DNA of 38,838 nucleotides from a virus. Lineage: Duplodnaviria; Caudoviricetes. Location: the IMG/VR virus record IMGVR_UViG_3300031949_000098, positions 1 through 38,838 of that record. One strand, 5' to 3'. Every line of letters starts with the position of its first letter. The stretch's first letter is position 1. A program made the translations under genes and the position numbers. Positions 26,902 to 38,838 of the stretch are shown here, piece by piece. The notes under the pieces were generated by a model. That model did no database searches. It saw nothing but the letters and a program-made list of their open reading frames with translations, and was not told where the DNA came from.

Positions 26902-27620
26902 GCTTTCTTCTCCCAGGGCCGCAGCAGGCCCAGCCGTCGCATTTCGGCGACGTCGTCGGCGGGGATCTCGTCGAGCAGCAGTTTCCCCGGATCGCCGCCC
27001 CGGAAGGCCAGAGTATGTCTGACCGGCGGATCGGCGGTCCCGAGGACGATGCAGTAGTTTCGAAGGTTCCGAAGCCGGACCGTCCCTTCGAGTTCGATCT
27101 GCCAGGGCGACTCCCCGGCGACCAGGATCGACAGCAGGCGCTCCCGGCGCCAGAGCGCCGTCATCAGGCTGCAATGGTACTGGCTGTCCGGATCGGACAC
27201 CAGCAGTTTGACATCCCCGGCCTGGCCGTAATCCTTGGCGAAGCCGGAGTGCAGGCGATCGCCCGTCAGATCAAGCCGGGCGACGTACTCGAACTGCCCC
27301 ATGTAGTCGGTCAGGACCTGGACGTCCTGCGTCTTCACCGGCCCGGTCAGCCAGTAGTCCTCCAGCATCAGGGCGAAGACCGGATGGGGCAGTTCCAGCA
27401 GCATCTTGATAAGGGCGTCCGACCACCTGTCGACGGGATAGTCTTCGAAGCGGCCGAGCGAGTGAAAAGTGAAATTGGACGGCAGGCCGAAGGTCGGGGC
27501 GCTGAAGCCTCCCACGATCACCTGCGGGTTGGGTTGCCAGTAGCGATTGAGCAGCCAGGAGAAGGGACGAAGCGCGTCCAGATAGCGGTCGCTCGTGATG
27601 ACATAGATCGGTGCGGTCAT
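26898..27620 (-). CDS. Putative GT-A glycosyltransferase
   Basis: VITSDRY...WSDAL...MLEDYWL...SLMTALWR...GESPWQIE.EG, a pattern recalled from polysaccharide clusters. Confidence 0.62.
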   Translation of the reverse strand: MTAPIYVITSDRYLDALRPFSWLLNRYWQPNPQVIVGGFSAPTFGLPSNFTFHSLGRFEDYPVDRWSDALIKMLLELPHPVFALMLEDYWLTGPVKTQDVQVLTDYMGQFEYVARLDLTGDRLHSGFAKDYGQAGDVKLLVSDPDSQYHCSLMTALWRRERLLSILVAGESPWQIELEGTVRLRNLRNYCIVLGTADPPVRHTLAFRGGDPGKLLLDEIPADDVAEMRRLGLLRPWEKKA

Positions 27621-27640
27621 GGCTGTTCCGCAAGTCTACA

Positions 27641-27676
27641 ACAAAAGGGCCGGGCCTGCATGTGCCAGGCCCGGCC
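27641..27676 (-). terminator. Rho-independent terminator after major capsid gene
   Basis: 11-bp stem GGCCGGGCCTG/CAGGCCCGGCC followed on the - strand by CTTTTGT. Confidence 0.8.
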
Positions 27677-27717
27677 ACTCTTGTGAACCAGCGGGGTAGT
27701 TGAACCCCCCGTCAGTC

Positions 27718-29169
27718 CTACCAGACGTGGAAGGTCGTTTCGTCCGGCCGCATCGAAACGCCGCCGTCCTTGAAGTACGGGCTGGACGGGTCGCTCGAGC
27801 GCAGGTGCTGCGTCGGGCAGTACTTCACAGCGTCGATCCGGCCCGCCAACTGAGGCGTCCGCAGGATCACGCGCTGCTCGGTCTTGACCGACAGTTTGTA
27901 GCACCACTTGGCGTGCTCGATCGCCCAGAAGTAGCGACCGTCGTCGGTCCAGAACTGCTCGGTCCCACGCAGCAGGGCGATCTCGGGCGCAGCCGCCCGG
28001 TAGTCGACATGCTCCAGATAGGTGACCGTCAGCCCGGCCGCCGTCAGCGGGACGAAGAAGATCGAGGAGGCGTAGCACCCGGCCTGGATACCGGCCGTGG
28101 TGGTATTGGTCAACTCCACGATCCCGTCGTCGGTGACAACCGGGTAGCGCCGCCCGTTGATGTCGATGAACATCCCCTGGCGCATGTCGTCGCGCAACTG
28201 GCGCATCGACAGAGCGTCGATCTGCGGGACCACATCGATCCCGCTGGTGTCCTTCGACCCGCAGCGGTTGGTGTTGTAGGCGCAGGGCCACATCGCCGAC
28301 AGGACGAACCAGAGTTCCGGCCGCATGGCGATCACGGCCTGCAGCGGGAGCAGGCCCATCCGCTCGGCGTTGTAGTACGAGTTGTACTCAAGCGCCGAAA
28401 GGAAGTCGACGATGTCCCGCAGGCTGTTCCGGTCCTCGACGTTCTGATAGCCGAAGTTCTTGACATCGCTGTCGAGGGCTGGGCAGAGCGTGCCGGTGTG
28501 GGCGTCCATCTGGCCGGTCGCGATCTGATAGGCCAGGCCAGGGAATTCCTTGTAGGCGCCCTGGTTGGCGAAGATCGACCCGTTCCAGAGGTGGTTCCCG
28601 AGTTTCCGCTCCAGGCTGATCGCCGCCGTGATCATCTCGGCCTTGGTGACCAGGTTCAGGACGTCGGCATCGGTCAGGCCGCCGGGGGTGAAGCCGTTGT
28701 CCCCGAGCAGGTTGCCGTACAGCAGGAGATCCGTGAAGTCGCCCCGATTCTTCTTCAGGATGACGTCATTGATCTCGATGGTCCCGGTGTCCCGCTGCAC
28801 GCGCCCGAACTGCGCCGTCAGATCGCAGCCCTTCATGTAGGACCGGGGTGCGTCGGCGCATGGCGTTTCAGGCTCCGATCCGACGTCGGCGGTGAAGCCG
28901 GTGATCGAAGCGTAGAACGGCTGGGCGAAGACCGTCGCCAGGTTGGGCAGACGCGCTCCCAGGCCAAACGGCCGCATGTGGGCCGTGATGACTTCTCGTT
29001 CGATGGAGTGCGACCCGAACAGACTGCCGACGCCGTGCAGTTCGACGGCGTTCCCGCTCGAGGCGGGGGTCTTCGTCCGGGTTTCCTTGTCCTGGCGTTC
29101 CATCCGGTCCAGCATCAGCCCTTGGGCCTTCTGCAGATCGGCCAGGACCTGCACCAGCTCCTTTTCCAT
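27718..29169 (-). CDS. Major capsid protein
   Basis: 483 aa after protease/scaffold, followed by a terminator; coiled N-terminus, very high GC3. Confidence 0.82.
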   Translation of the reverse strand: MEKELVQVLADLQKAQGLMLDRMERQDKETRTKTPASSGNAVELHGVGSLFGSHSIEREVITAHMRPFGLGARLPNLATVFAQPFYASITGFTADVGSEPETPCADAPRSYMKGCDLTAQFGRVQRDTGTIEINDVILKKNRGDFTDLLLYGNLLGDNGFTPGGLTDADVLNLVTKAEMITAAISLERKLGNHLWNGSIFANQGAYKEFPGLAYQIATGQMDAHTGTLCPALDSDVKNFGYQNVEDRNSLRDIVDFLSALEYNSYYNAERMGLLPLQAVIAMRPELWFVLSAMWPCAYNTNRCGSKDTSGIDVVPQIDALSMRQLRDDMRQGMFIDINGRRYPVVTDDGIVELTNTTTAGIQAGCYASSIFFVPLTAAGLTVTYLEHVDYRAAAPEIALLRGTEQFWTDDGRYFWAIEHAKWCYKLSVKTEQRVILRTPQLAGRIDAVKYCPTQHLRSSDPSSPYFKDGGVSMRPDETTFHVW

Positions 29170-29204
29170 GTTTCATCTCTCCCAATGCAGGATAGGGGGC
29201 CGAC

Positions 29205-29735
29205 CTACTGGGCTGGCCCTGCGATCATCTCGTCGATCCACGGAACCCCGGTCGACTTGTCCGCCGGGGTGGCTTCCTTCGGCTTGTTCTTGGCGAGGCC
29301 CATGTCGGCCACGCCCACGCGGGCGGCGTCCGTGCCGATCGCCGACAGGTTCTTCATCACCAGGGCGGCGATCGAAAGCGCCGGGGTGTCGGCGGCGGCC
29401 TTGGCGATCCGGGCCTCGTCCGACTTCGCCATCAGGACCACCGCGTCGGCGATGGCCTTCTGGCCCGTCAGGACGTCGGTGATGGCCGTTGCCATTTCGA
29501 CGCGCAGGGCGGCCAGATCGCCAGCCCAGGGCGCCGGTTCGGGTTCTGGATCGGGCGCCGGGGCCGGGTCGGGCGTCGGCGGAGCGGGCTCCACAGCCGC
29601 CGCCTCCTTGCTCTGCAGCCCGGCGGCTTCTGCCGCCTTGGCCTTGCCGGTCAGATCGGTCTCGATCTCCTCGATCTTCGCCGGGGTCAGTCCGACCTTC
29701 AACAGATGGGCTTTCTTATCCGCTGGGATACTCAT
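29205..29735 (-). CDS. Nested in-frame scaffold protein
   Basis: AAAGGAG 11 nt before in-frame ATG (MSIPADKK); same arrangement as lambda C/Nu3. Confidence 0.55.
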   Translation of the reverse strand: MSIPADKKAHLLKVGLTPAKIEEIETDLTGKAKAAEAAGLQSKEAAAVEPAPPTPDPAPAPDPEPEPAPWAGDLAALRVEMATAITDVLTGQKAIADAVVLMAKSDEARIAKAAADTPALSIAALVMKNLSAIGTDAARVGVADMGLAKNKPKEATPADKSTGVPWIDEMIAGPAQ

Positions 29736-30851
29736 CGGGTAGGGCGCTCCTTTCGTTAGGGTGAAGCCTGTCAGTTTGTTCGCAGCGGCGAGGACTGGCA
29801 GGTCAGAGATCTCCGAAGTCCGGTAGGACTCGATGATCGTGGGGTCTTCCTTGCTGCGGACCAGAACCTCCAGCGTATGACTGACCGCCAGCGGTTCGGC
29901 CAATGCCATGATCGCTTCGGCCTCCTTTTCGTGTCCTTTGTCGACCGTGCCGGACGCCAGGCTGAAGCCCGTCGACTCTTCGAAGGCCAGCCAGTCAGCG
30001 ATCCCCCAGCGGCTGCCGGGGACGTGATAGTGCCAGAGTTCGGGATAGGGCGCCGCCCCCGTGTCGACAGCCTCGACGAATTCCTTGTGGGCCTTGGCCG
30101 ACAGGATCTCGGGCGGGACGTCCTGGTCCCGGTATTTGTTCGAGAAGATTGCGAACCAGCGGTGATGACCGCCTTCCTTCCAGACCATCAGACCGGCCGC
30201 ATTCTCCTGCTCGGGCGATAGCCGGGCAGCCACCGAGGCGGCCAGGTCCTTCGCCTTGCCGACGAGTCGCTGCAGCGCCGACGGCCGGGCCTTCTCGGTG
30301 ATGGCATCGGCCAGCAGCCCGTCCAGTTCGTCGACCAGGCCACGCAGCGCGCCCGGCTTGTCCTCGATCGTCGGGTCCCACATGATGTTCGAGGACAGCG
30401 TCTGGAACATGGTCGTCAGTTCTTTCACCTGCTCGTGGACGCCCTGCGCCTGGCGGAAGGCGTCGACCTCGGCGAAGGTCGTCGCCCCCATAGGGACCAG
30501 CGGCTCGGCAGGGTAGTGATCGTCGTACATCTTGGCTTCGGTCTCGGTGATCTCAGGGATCTCCGCGGCCAGGGGGTCAGCGGTCGCAGCCTTTTCCAAC
30601 TCGGCCTCCTTGCTGGACGCCGCCTCGAAACTCAGCGGCTTCATGTCGTGATCCGCCAGCCACTTCCGGGCTTCGGCTGCGGTGAACTTGTCTTTGTCGA
30701 ACCGGACCGACTGCGCCGTCATGGTCGTCTCGCCCTTCTTTCGACCCACAATCATTGATACACCTGGGGCGATCTTCTTCCGCCGGAACGAGTCGGCCTT
30801 GAAACCACCTGGGGCCTTCATGCGGCCAGCGTGCTCATTCTCAAACGGCAC
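29205..30851 (-). CDS. Prohead protease/scaffold protein
   Basis: Likely start GTG 30851 (AGGAG RBS): MPFENEHAGR...SFRR...QSVRF; central YRDQD...EIL...LWHYH..GSRWG...SH..Y...EIS.LP..AAN; Ala/Pro-rich C-terminus. Confidence 0.78.
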   Translation of the reverse strand: MPFENEHAGRMKAPGGFKADSFRRKKIAPGVSMIVGRKKGETTMTAQSVRFDKDKFTAAEARKWLADHDMKPLSFEAASSKEAELEKAATADPLAAEIPEITETEAKMYDDHYPAEPLVPMGATTFAEVDAFRQAQGVHEQVKELTTMFQTLSSNIMWDPTIEDKPGALRGLVDELDGLLADAITEKARPSALQRLVGKAKDLAASVAARLSPEQENAAGLMVWKEGGHHRWFAIFSNKYRDQDVPPEILSAKAHKEFVEAVDTGAAPYPELWHYHVPGSRWGIADWLAFEESTGFSLASGTVDKGHEKEAEAIMALAEPLAVSHTLEVLVRSKEDPTIIESYRTSEISDLPVLAAANKLTGFTLTKGAPYPMSIPADKKAHLLKVGLTPAKIEEIETDLTGKAKAAEAAGLQSKEAAAVEPAPPTPDPAPAPDPEPEPAPWAGDLAALRVEMATAITDVLTGQKAIADAVVLMAKSDEARIAKAAADTPALSIAALVMKNLSAIGTDAARVGVADMGLAKNKPKEATPADKSTGVPWIDEMIAGPAQ

Positions 30852-31272
30852 CTGATGCGCTCCTGAGATACTCGGCTGCCCGTTCCAGCGTCGCCGGGTT
30901 CTCTCCAAACATTCCAAGGCCCATATTGCAGCCACGGCACAGAATGCCCCGGATGATAGGGCGGCCATCAATCACGACATGATCGGTGTGCGTCGAGTAT
31001 CCAGGCTTCAGTTCGCAGCCACAAATAGCACAGCGACCATCCTGCTTCGAGAGCAAACCTTCCCAGTCCCGCTTTGTCACACCGTATCGGCGCAGGTGCT
31101 CTCCAGTAGTCCGATAGGACCGGGCATTGAGGGCTTTCGCCTGTTCCGGGTGAGCGAGAACCCAGGCCCGGTGCTCGCAGTTTCGGTTGCAGTACTTCTG
31201 CCACGGCTTACGACGCACATAGGCAGACCCACAACGCTCGCAGATAGCCTTCTCCATCGGTTCTCCGGGCAT
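30841..31272 (-). CDS. Endonuclease VII-family (HNH) homing endonuclease
   Basis: RRYGVT...QDGRCAICG...HTDH...IRGILCRGCNMGLGMFGEN...LERAAEYL; alternative start ATG 31257. Confidence 0.9.
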   Translation of the reverse strand: MPGEPMEKAICERCGSAYVRRKPWQKYCNRNCEHRAWVLAHPEQAKALNARSYRTTGEHLRRYGVTKRDWEGLLSKQDGRCAICGCELKPGYSTHTDHVVIDGRPIIRGILCRGCNMGLGMFGENPATLERAAEYLRSASGAV

Positions 31273-31291
31273 CTCACTCCTGACAACGACA

Positions 31292-31327
31292 AAGGTCGGA
31301 CGGCAGCGATCCGGCCAGTCCGACCTT
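31292..31327 (-). promoter_or_regulatory. 5'-UTR stem-loop / possible attenuator
   Basis: 10-bp inverted repeat AAGGTCGGAC/GTCCGACCTT right after the predicted promoter; on the - strand it ends in CCTTTGTCGTTG. Confidence 0.6.
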
Positions 31328-31334
31328 CAAACGC

Positions 31335-31363
31335 ATTGTAGAACGAGTGGCTCAGGACGTCAA
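31335..31363 (-). promoter_or_regulatory. Sigma70-type promoter for head genes
   Basis: TTGACG (31363-31358) - 17 nt - TACAAT (31340-31335). Confidence 0.75.
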
Positions 31364-31573
31364 CAGGTCCAGGATGGTCTTCGTATCCCTTTTCGGCTCA
31401 AGGTAGACGATCGCCGGGTCAGTCCATTGGACCGGCACGCCGTCGGCGTTGATGAGGAACTTCATGCTGATGATCGCCATCCCGGCCGACTTCGCTGCGA
31501 CCGACTGCAACCGCCGGATCGGGTTGAACCAGCACGCCTTGATGTCCAGCGGGGTCGGTTCGGTAGCCGTCAT
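31352..31573 (-). CDS. Hypothetical protein, 73 aa
   Basis: MTATEPTPLD...W.EP; ATGA overlap with upstream gene. Confidence 0.7.
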   Translation of the reverse strand: MTATEPTPLDIKACWFNPIRRLQSVAAKSAGMAIISMKFLINADGVPVQWTDPAIVYLEPKRDTKTILDLLTS

Positions 31574-32103
31574 GGACGTCGCAGGCCTCCGGGGGTGATC
31601 GTGTTCCGGGCGATCAGATCGAACGCCCGCTGCAGCAGCCCCTTGAACTTCCGGGATCGGTCCTTGTTGACTTCGGCGATCCAGTTGCGCGGTGCGATCC
31701 CTGGCCGGGGCCGGATATTTCGCGCCATCATAGCACGTTTGCCTGCGATCACAACCTGGCCCCGGCCGCGCCGACTGTTCAGCCAGGCCCGCCGGGTCTT
31801 GCTTCGCCAGCCCCGCGACATGACCGCCCAGCGGATCTTCGTCCCGGTCTCCAGCCAGCGCCACTTCTTGGCGCCCGGCCCATTGCCGAACGGCGCCGTG
31901 GTGATGGCGATCTGCGTCGGGCCGACCGTCGTCTGGCTGCGGAACTGCGGACGCGTCCCCTCCCAGGCCTTTGTCGTCTGGCGGAGGAGTCGCCGATGCT
32001 CGAACGCCTCCTCATCCAGGGCCGCCCGCAGGCGCGACGTGATCCCTTTCAGGTTGAACTTGGGATTGCCGACAGGCTCGAACCGGATCGTCGGGCCGGG
32101 CAT
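31570..32103 (-). CDS. HK97 gp10-like neck/completion protein
   Basis: Basic protein with WRWLETGT...RPGIAPRNW pattern; TGATG overlap. Confidence 0.65.
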   Translation of the reverse strand: MPGPTIRFEPVGNPKFNLKGITSRLRAALDEEAFEHRRLLRQTTKAWEGTRPQFRSQTTVGPTQIAITTAPFGNGPGAKKWRWLETGTKIRWAVMSRGWRSKTRRAWLNSRRGRGQVVIAGKRAMMARNIRPRPGIAPRNWIAEVNKDRSRKFKGLLQRAFDLIARNTITPGGLRRP

Positions 32104-33826
32104 CAAGGCTCCTGGGGATACTGGCGGCGCAGCCACTCGAGTCGACCGACGCCTTCGTGTTCAGCATACCACCCGCGGCCGTCCAGGTCTGCGATCTGAT
32201 CGAAGTAGTGGGCGTACATGCCGCCCACGCGCTCCATCGAGAAGTTGTCCTCGGCCCACCGCCTGATCGTCGCCGGATGCAGCCGGGGCGCCATCTGGGC
32301 GGCCGCCAGGAAGTCGGCGAAGGTCCGGCAGCGGAACCCGGTCACGCCGTGGACGACGTTCTCGCTGAAGCATCCCCAATCGGTCGTGATGACGGGCGTC
32401 CCACAGAAGTTGGCCTCGATCGAAACCCCGCCGAACGGCTCCAGGTACTCGGTCGGGGCGAAGACGGCGCGGGCGCGGGCCATCAGATCGGACCGCCCCT
32501 TGATCCCGACGGTCCCCAGGTGCTTGATGTAGGGGCCAGGCTGAAGCCCCAGGTCCGCGAGCGATCCCTGGCCGACCAGGAGCAACTCCATCTTGAGTTT
32601 CTCGGCGACCTGGGCGGCGATCAGGACGCCTTTCCGCTTGATCAGCCGACCGACGTACAGCAGATAGTCGCCCTTCGTTTCGCTGAATTGGAAGTCGGCC
32701 GGGTCGAAGTAGTTCGGGATGACGGCGTCATACCACGACCCGTCCCCCTGCTTGAGCAGGCCATAGACGTAGTGCATCCAGGCATAGGACTCGAAGACCC
32801 GATAGCGTGCGAAGACCCCCGTGTATCCGATGCCCAATTCGCAGGTGTAGGGGATGCCGACGGCGTCGGCGATCGGCTTCTGGTAGTTGCCGAAACTGCA
32901 GAGCAGGAAGTCCCCGGCCTGCCGCCTGGCGCCTATCTCCCGGATCGCGTTGACGTTGAACGTCCGGTAGGCCAGGTCGGCGGGGTCATGCTTGAAGAAG
33001 TCCTTGTGCCAGTCGTAGTCTCCGTAGGCTTCCCGTTGGACCGCCTGGCTGATCACGTCGACATGCTCGCATGGGACCGTCGACCCTTCGGCGCCGTAGT
33101 GGATCACATCGTAGCCGCGGTCGGTCAGCATCCGGGCCAGTTTGAGGACCTTCTGGGTGTAGGCGCACATGACGAACTCGGTCGTCGTCTGGGTGTGGGC
33201 CAGGCCCAGCAGGTGGAATCGCCTGCGGACCGGCGCCAGTCCGACGACGCCGACCCACGCCCGCTCGGCCGTCGCTGGTCCCCACGGCGATTGGATGATC
33301 CGGCCAGGCACGCCCAGGGCATCGGCCAGGAACTCGGCGGTCAGGCTGTGCGGGTGCATGGCGTTGACAGCGGTGTCGATCCACTCGAAGACCCTGACGA
33401 TCGGGGCGTGCAGCATGGCCCGGCGCAGGACCTCCGCCGGGTCCTGGACGTGCTGCAGGACGTTGTAAATCCAGACCTCATCGAACAGCCCCAGGTCGAG
33501 CGTCTCGCCGGGCTTCTGGACGAACTCGATCCCGGCCGCCTGGTAGCGGCCTATGATCCAGTCGGGCCAGCGGATCGGATCGGCGACGACCGCCCGGCCG
33601 CGGTTCTTCGTCCGCAGGAGCAGGCTGACCGGCCCGCCGCCAATGTCCAGGATCGACTTGCCAGCCGCATCGAAGACGGCGCCGACAAGGTGTGAACCCC
33701 ACCGCGGGATGCCCATCTGTTCGGCGTAGAAGACCTGCTTGGCCTCCTCGTCGGCGGTGTTGCTACAGTCGCCCCACCATTCGGCTTCGCCCCGCTGGGC
33801 ATCGGACCAGTCCTGATCAGTAGACA

Positions 33827-33827
<1 letters not shown>
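32103..33827 (-). CDS. SAM methyltransferase fused to GT4 glycosyltransferase
   Basis: ILDIGGGP...FDEVWIYNVLQH; then RFHLLGLAHT...CAYTQKV...YVGRLIKRKG...YLEPFGGVSIEA..CGTPVITTDWG; start overlaps the collagen stop (TAATG). Confidence 0.9.
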
Positions 33828-37109
<3,282 letters not shown>

Positions 37110-37115
37110 TGAGAT

Positions 37116-37808
37116 ATGCCCATCTGCCCTACTTGCCACGTCGTCTTTGAACCTAAGGGAGGACGAGGACATCCTCGATCTTTCTGCTCCTGCGCTTGCC
37201 GAAACAAGGCCAACATCGACAGCAAGAAACGCAGCACGCCCAGATGCGAAGGCTGCGGGCAGGTATTCTCCACATGGACTTATCGCAGGCCGCGGTTCTG
37301 CTCCAGACTGTGCGCTAGCCGCTGGGCGGCCAAACAACCAAGACCTGCACGCGTGCGGCGGGTGAATCTTCTCTGTGCAAGGTGCGGCAAACCCTATTCC
37401 GTCAAGCCGGGCTATTTCGCCCTGCGCGGCTCCCGATTCTGTTCGCTGAAATGCCGATACGACGGAGCATCGGTTGAACGTCGAGGCGATGGAAACCCTC
37501 ACTGGAAGGGCGGACTGTCTAAGGACGACTATGGTCCGAACTGGGGCAGGCAATCCCGAAGGGTCAAGCGACGCGATGGCGGATGCCGCGCGTGCGGGTA
37601 CAAGGCTGGGGGGAACAGGTTTCTCGACATTCACCACATCATACCTTTCCGGTCCTTCGGCGATGACTATGAGCGCGCAAACCAACTTTCCAACCTAATC
37701 GAACTGTGCCGCCCGTGTCACGCTCTAGTTGAATCGGGTCGTCTGCCATGCCCTATCGTCCCCCACCGGGGTACCGCGGGTGACCCGATGTCACCGGAGC
37801 GCGTGTAG
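37116..37808 (+). CDS. Free-standing HNH homing endonuclease, antisense to the late operon
   Basis: Three CxxC...FCSxxC repeats, GNPHWKGG, then RDGGCRACG...LDIHHIIP...NQLSNLIELCRPCH. Confidence 0.92.
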   Translation: MPICPTCHVVFEPKGGRGHPRSFCSCACRNKANIDSKKRSTPRCEGCGQVFSTWTYRRPRFCSRLCASRWAAKQPRPARVRRVNLLCARCGKPYSVKPGYFALRGSRFCSLKCRYDGASVERRGDGNPHWKGGLSKDDYGPNWGRQSRRVKRRDGGCRACGYKAGGNRFLDIHHIIPFRSFGDDYERANQLSNLIELCRPCHALVESGRLPCPIVPHRGTAGDPMSPERV

Positions 37809-38349
37809 GCTCAAGACGGCAGGCACACCGCCAGCCGCCGCACTCGAGAGAGTGCGACTGCGGGATCGCTGCATACTTGCGCCAGATGCTCGCCCTGAAC
37901 ACCTTGCCATTGTACGTCAGGCAGTCGGTGCAATGCTCGTTCGTCGACCCGAGATGCCAGCCCATCTTCTGATCGGCGCAGGCCGTGACCTGGGCCAGCG
38001 TTTGAATGCTGACGTACCTGTGCGTCCAGATTTCCGCCCGGCTCAGGACCACCGCCAGTTTTACTCCCTGCGCCTGCGTATGCTGGTTGATCCAGTCGCC
38101 GAACGGCCGGATGCGGCCCAGGTCTGCGGTGATCTCCCGCTGCAGGACGATCCGCTCCTGGTCCGATCGCTCCGCCGGGGTAATCCCGCAGCGATCAGCG
38201 CCCTCGCGCCACGCCTGCTCGTAGCCTCGGTAGAGCGCTTCGGCCAGGCTGTCGGCGAACTGAAGCCAGTCGACCGTCCCGCCCCACAGCCCGCGGGCCA
38301 GGCCCCGAACCCGACGGCCGAAGTCACTCTCCGATTTCTGCGAGATCAA
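37753..38349 (-). CDS. Minor head (SPP1 gp7/Mu F-like) protein
   Basis: Follows portal; W..G..EHCTDCL..NGKV...W...PQS..LECGGWRCACRL Cys motif; GAGG before TTG. Confidence 0.75.
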   Translation of the reverse strand: MISQKSESDFGRRVRGLARGLWGGTVDWLQFADSLAEALYRGYEQAWREGADRCGITPAERSDQERIVLQREITADLGRIRPFGDWINQHTQAQGVKLAVVLSRAEIWTHRYVSIQTLAQVTACADQKMGWHLGSTNEHCTDCLTYNGKVFRASIWRKYAAIPQSHSLECGGWRCACRLEPTRAPVTSGHPRYPGGGR

Positions 38350-38838
38350 CTTCGGCCTCGCTGATCGGCTCGCCTTCCGGCTTGACGACTTCCCCAGCCC
38401 CGCCCTCAGTCATGGGGATCTCGCCCGGCACGACGCCGGGCTGCGGAGGCGGTGGGGGCGGGGGCGCTGTGCCCTTGTCGTACCACTCGGCCAGGGCGTC
38501 CAGGGCAGCCAGGGCGGTCATAACCTGCGACCGACTGCGGAAGTTCGTCACCATGCCCAGGGCCATGATGAGTTCCTTGCGCTTGTCCTCGATCAAGGGA
38601 GTGATCTCGGCCTTGTCGACCTCCGCCAGATCGAGCGGATCGGGCAGGCCCAGGTTCAGGATGTCAGCGTAGTCGGGATCGTAGAAGACTTGGAGGATCG
38701 GCGTCCCGTCGTCGAGGCGCCCGTCCTGCAGTTCAAGCGCCTCGAACTGGGCCTGGGTCAGATCGTCGTCGTACAGTTGCTGCTCGCGGACCGTCCGCAC
38801 GTCGACGCTGCCGGTCTGCGTCAGGTCGATGGCATGGC
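38324..38838 (-). CDS. Probable portal protein C-terminus (5'-truncated)
   Basis: Frame stays open to the window edge; acidic Pro-rich tail; lies immediately upstream of the minor head gene. Confidence 0.6.
   Translation of the reverse strand, partial: HAIDLTQTGSVDVRTVREQQLYDDDLTQAQFEALELQDGRLDDGTPILQVFYDPDYADILNLGLPDPLDLAEVDKAEITPLIEDKRKELIMALGMVTNFRSRSQVMTALAALDALAEWYDKGTAPPPPPPPQPGVVPGEIPMTEGGAGEVVKPEGEPISEAEVDLAEIGE

Noticed and set aside
30852-30971. ORF-track N-terminal extension of the protease
   Set aside because: Overlaps the EndoVII gene out of frame; GTG 30851 has a good RBS and a more plausible MPFENEH start
18613-33695. Long + strand ORFs (18613-20424, 23361-24806, 27700-29742, 32157-33695)
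   Set aside because: Antisense shadows of high-GC3 structural and GT genes; no motifs or RBS

Overview
The whole window is part of a high-GC tailed phage (siphovirus-like, free phage or prophage; no integrase, terminase or host genes are visible). It holds two converging transcription units separated by a 13-bp hairpin at ~6.85 kb. On the + strand (1-6840) is a tightly coupled run of small early/middle genes, many Cys-rich, with several HNH/LAGLIDADG endonucleases and an Hjc-type resolvase. On the - strand (38838->6902) is the late operon: portal C-terminus, minor head protein, a Thr-rich collagen-like fibre, glycosyl/methyltransferases, protease/scaffold, major capsid, a sugar-modification cluster, head-tail, tail tube, chaperones, tape measure, Dit, hub, two paralogous fibres and a lysis module (M23-SH3 endolysin, holin-like genes, an LCP lipoprotein and a secreted DPBB-like protein). 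The most notable items are: (1) a probable virion/surface glycosylation system interleaved with head genes, including a DegT-family enzyme with His in place of the catalytic Lys, plus an LCP glycan ligase inside the lysis cassette; (2) an HNH nuclease fused in frame to a Flp pilin; (3) an antisense HNH gene flanked by two synonymously diverged copies of the same 18-codon gene end; (4) several nested in-frame internal starts and a candidate +1 frameshift. The host is probably a monoderm such as Chloroflexota (inference). All family assignments come from motif recognition by eye; no searches were run.
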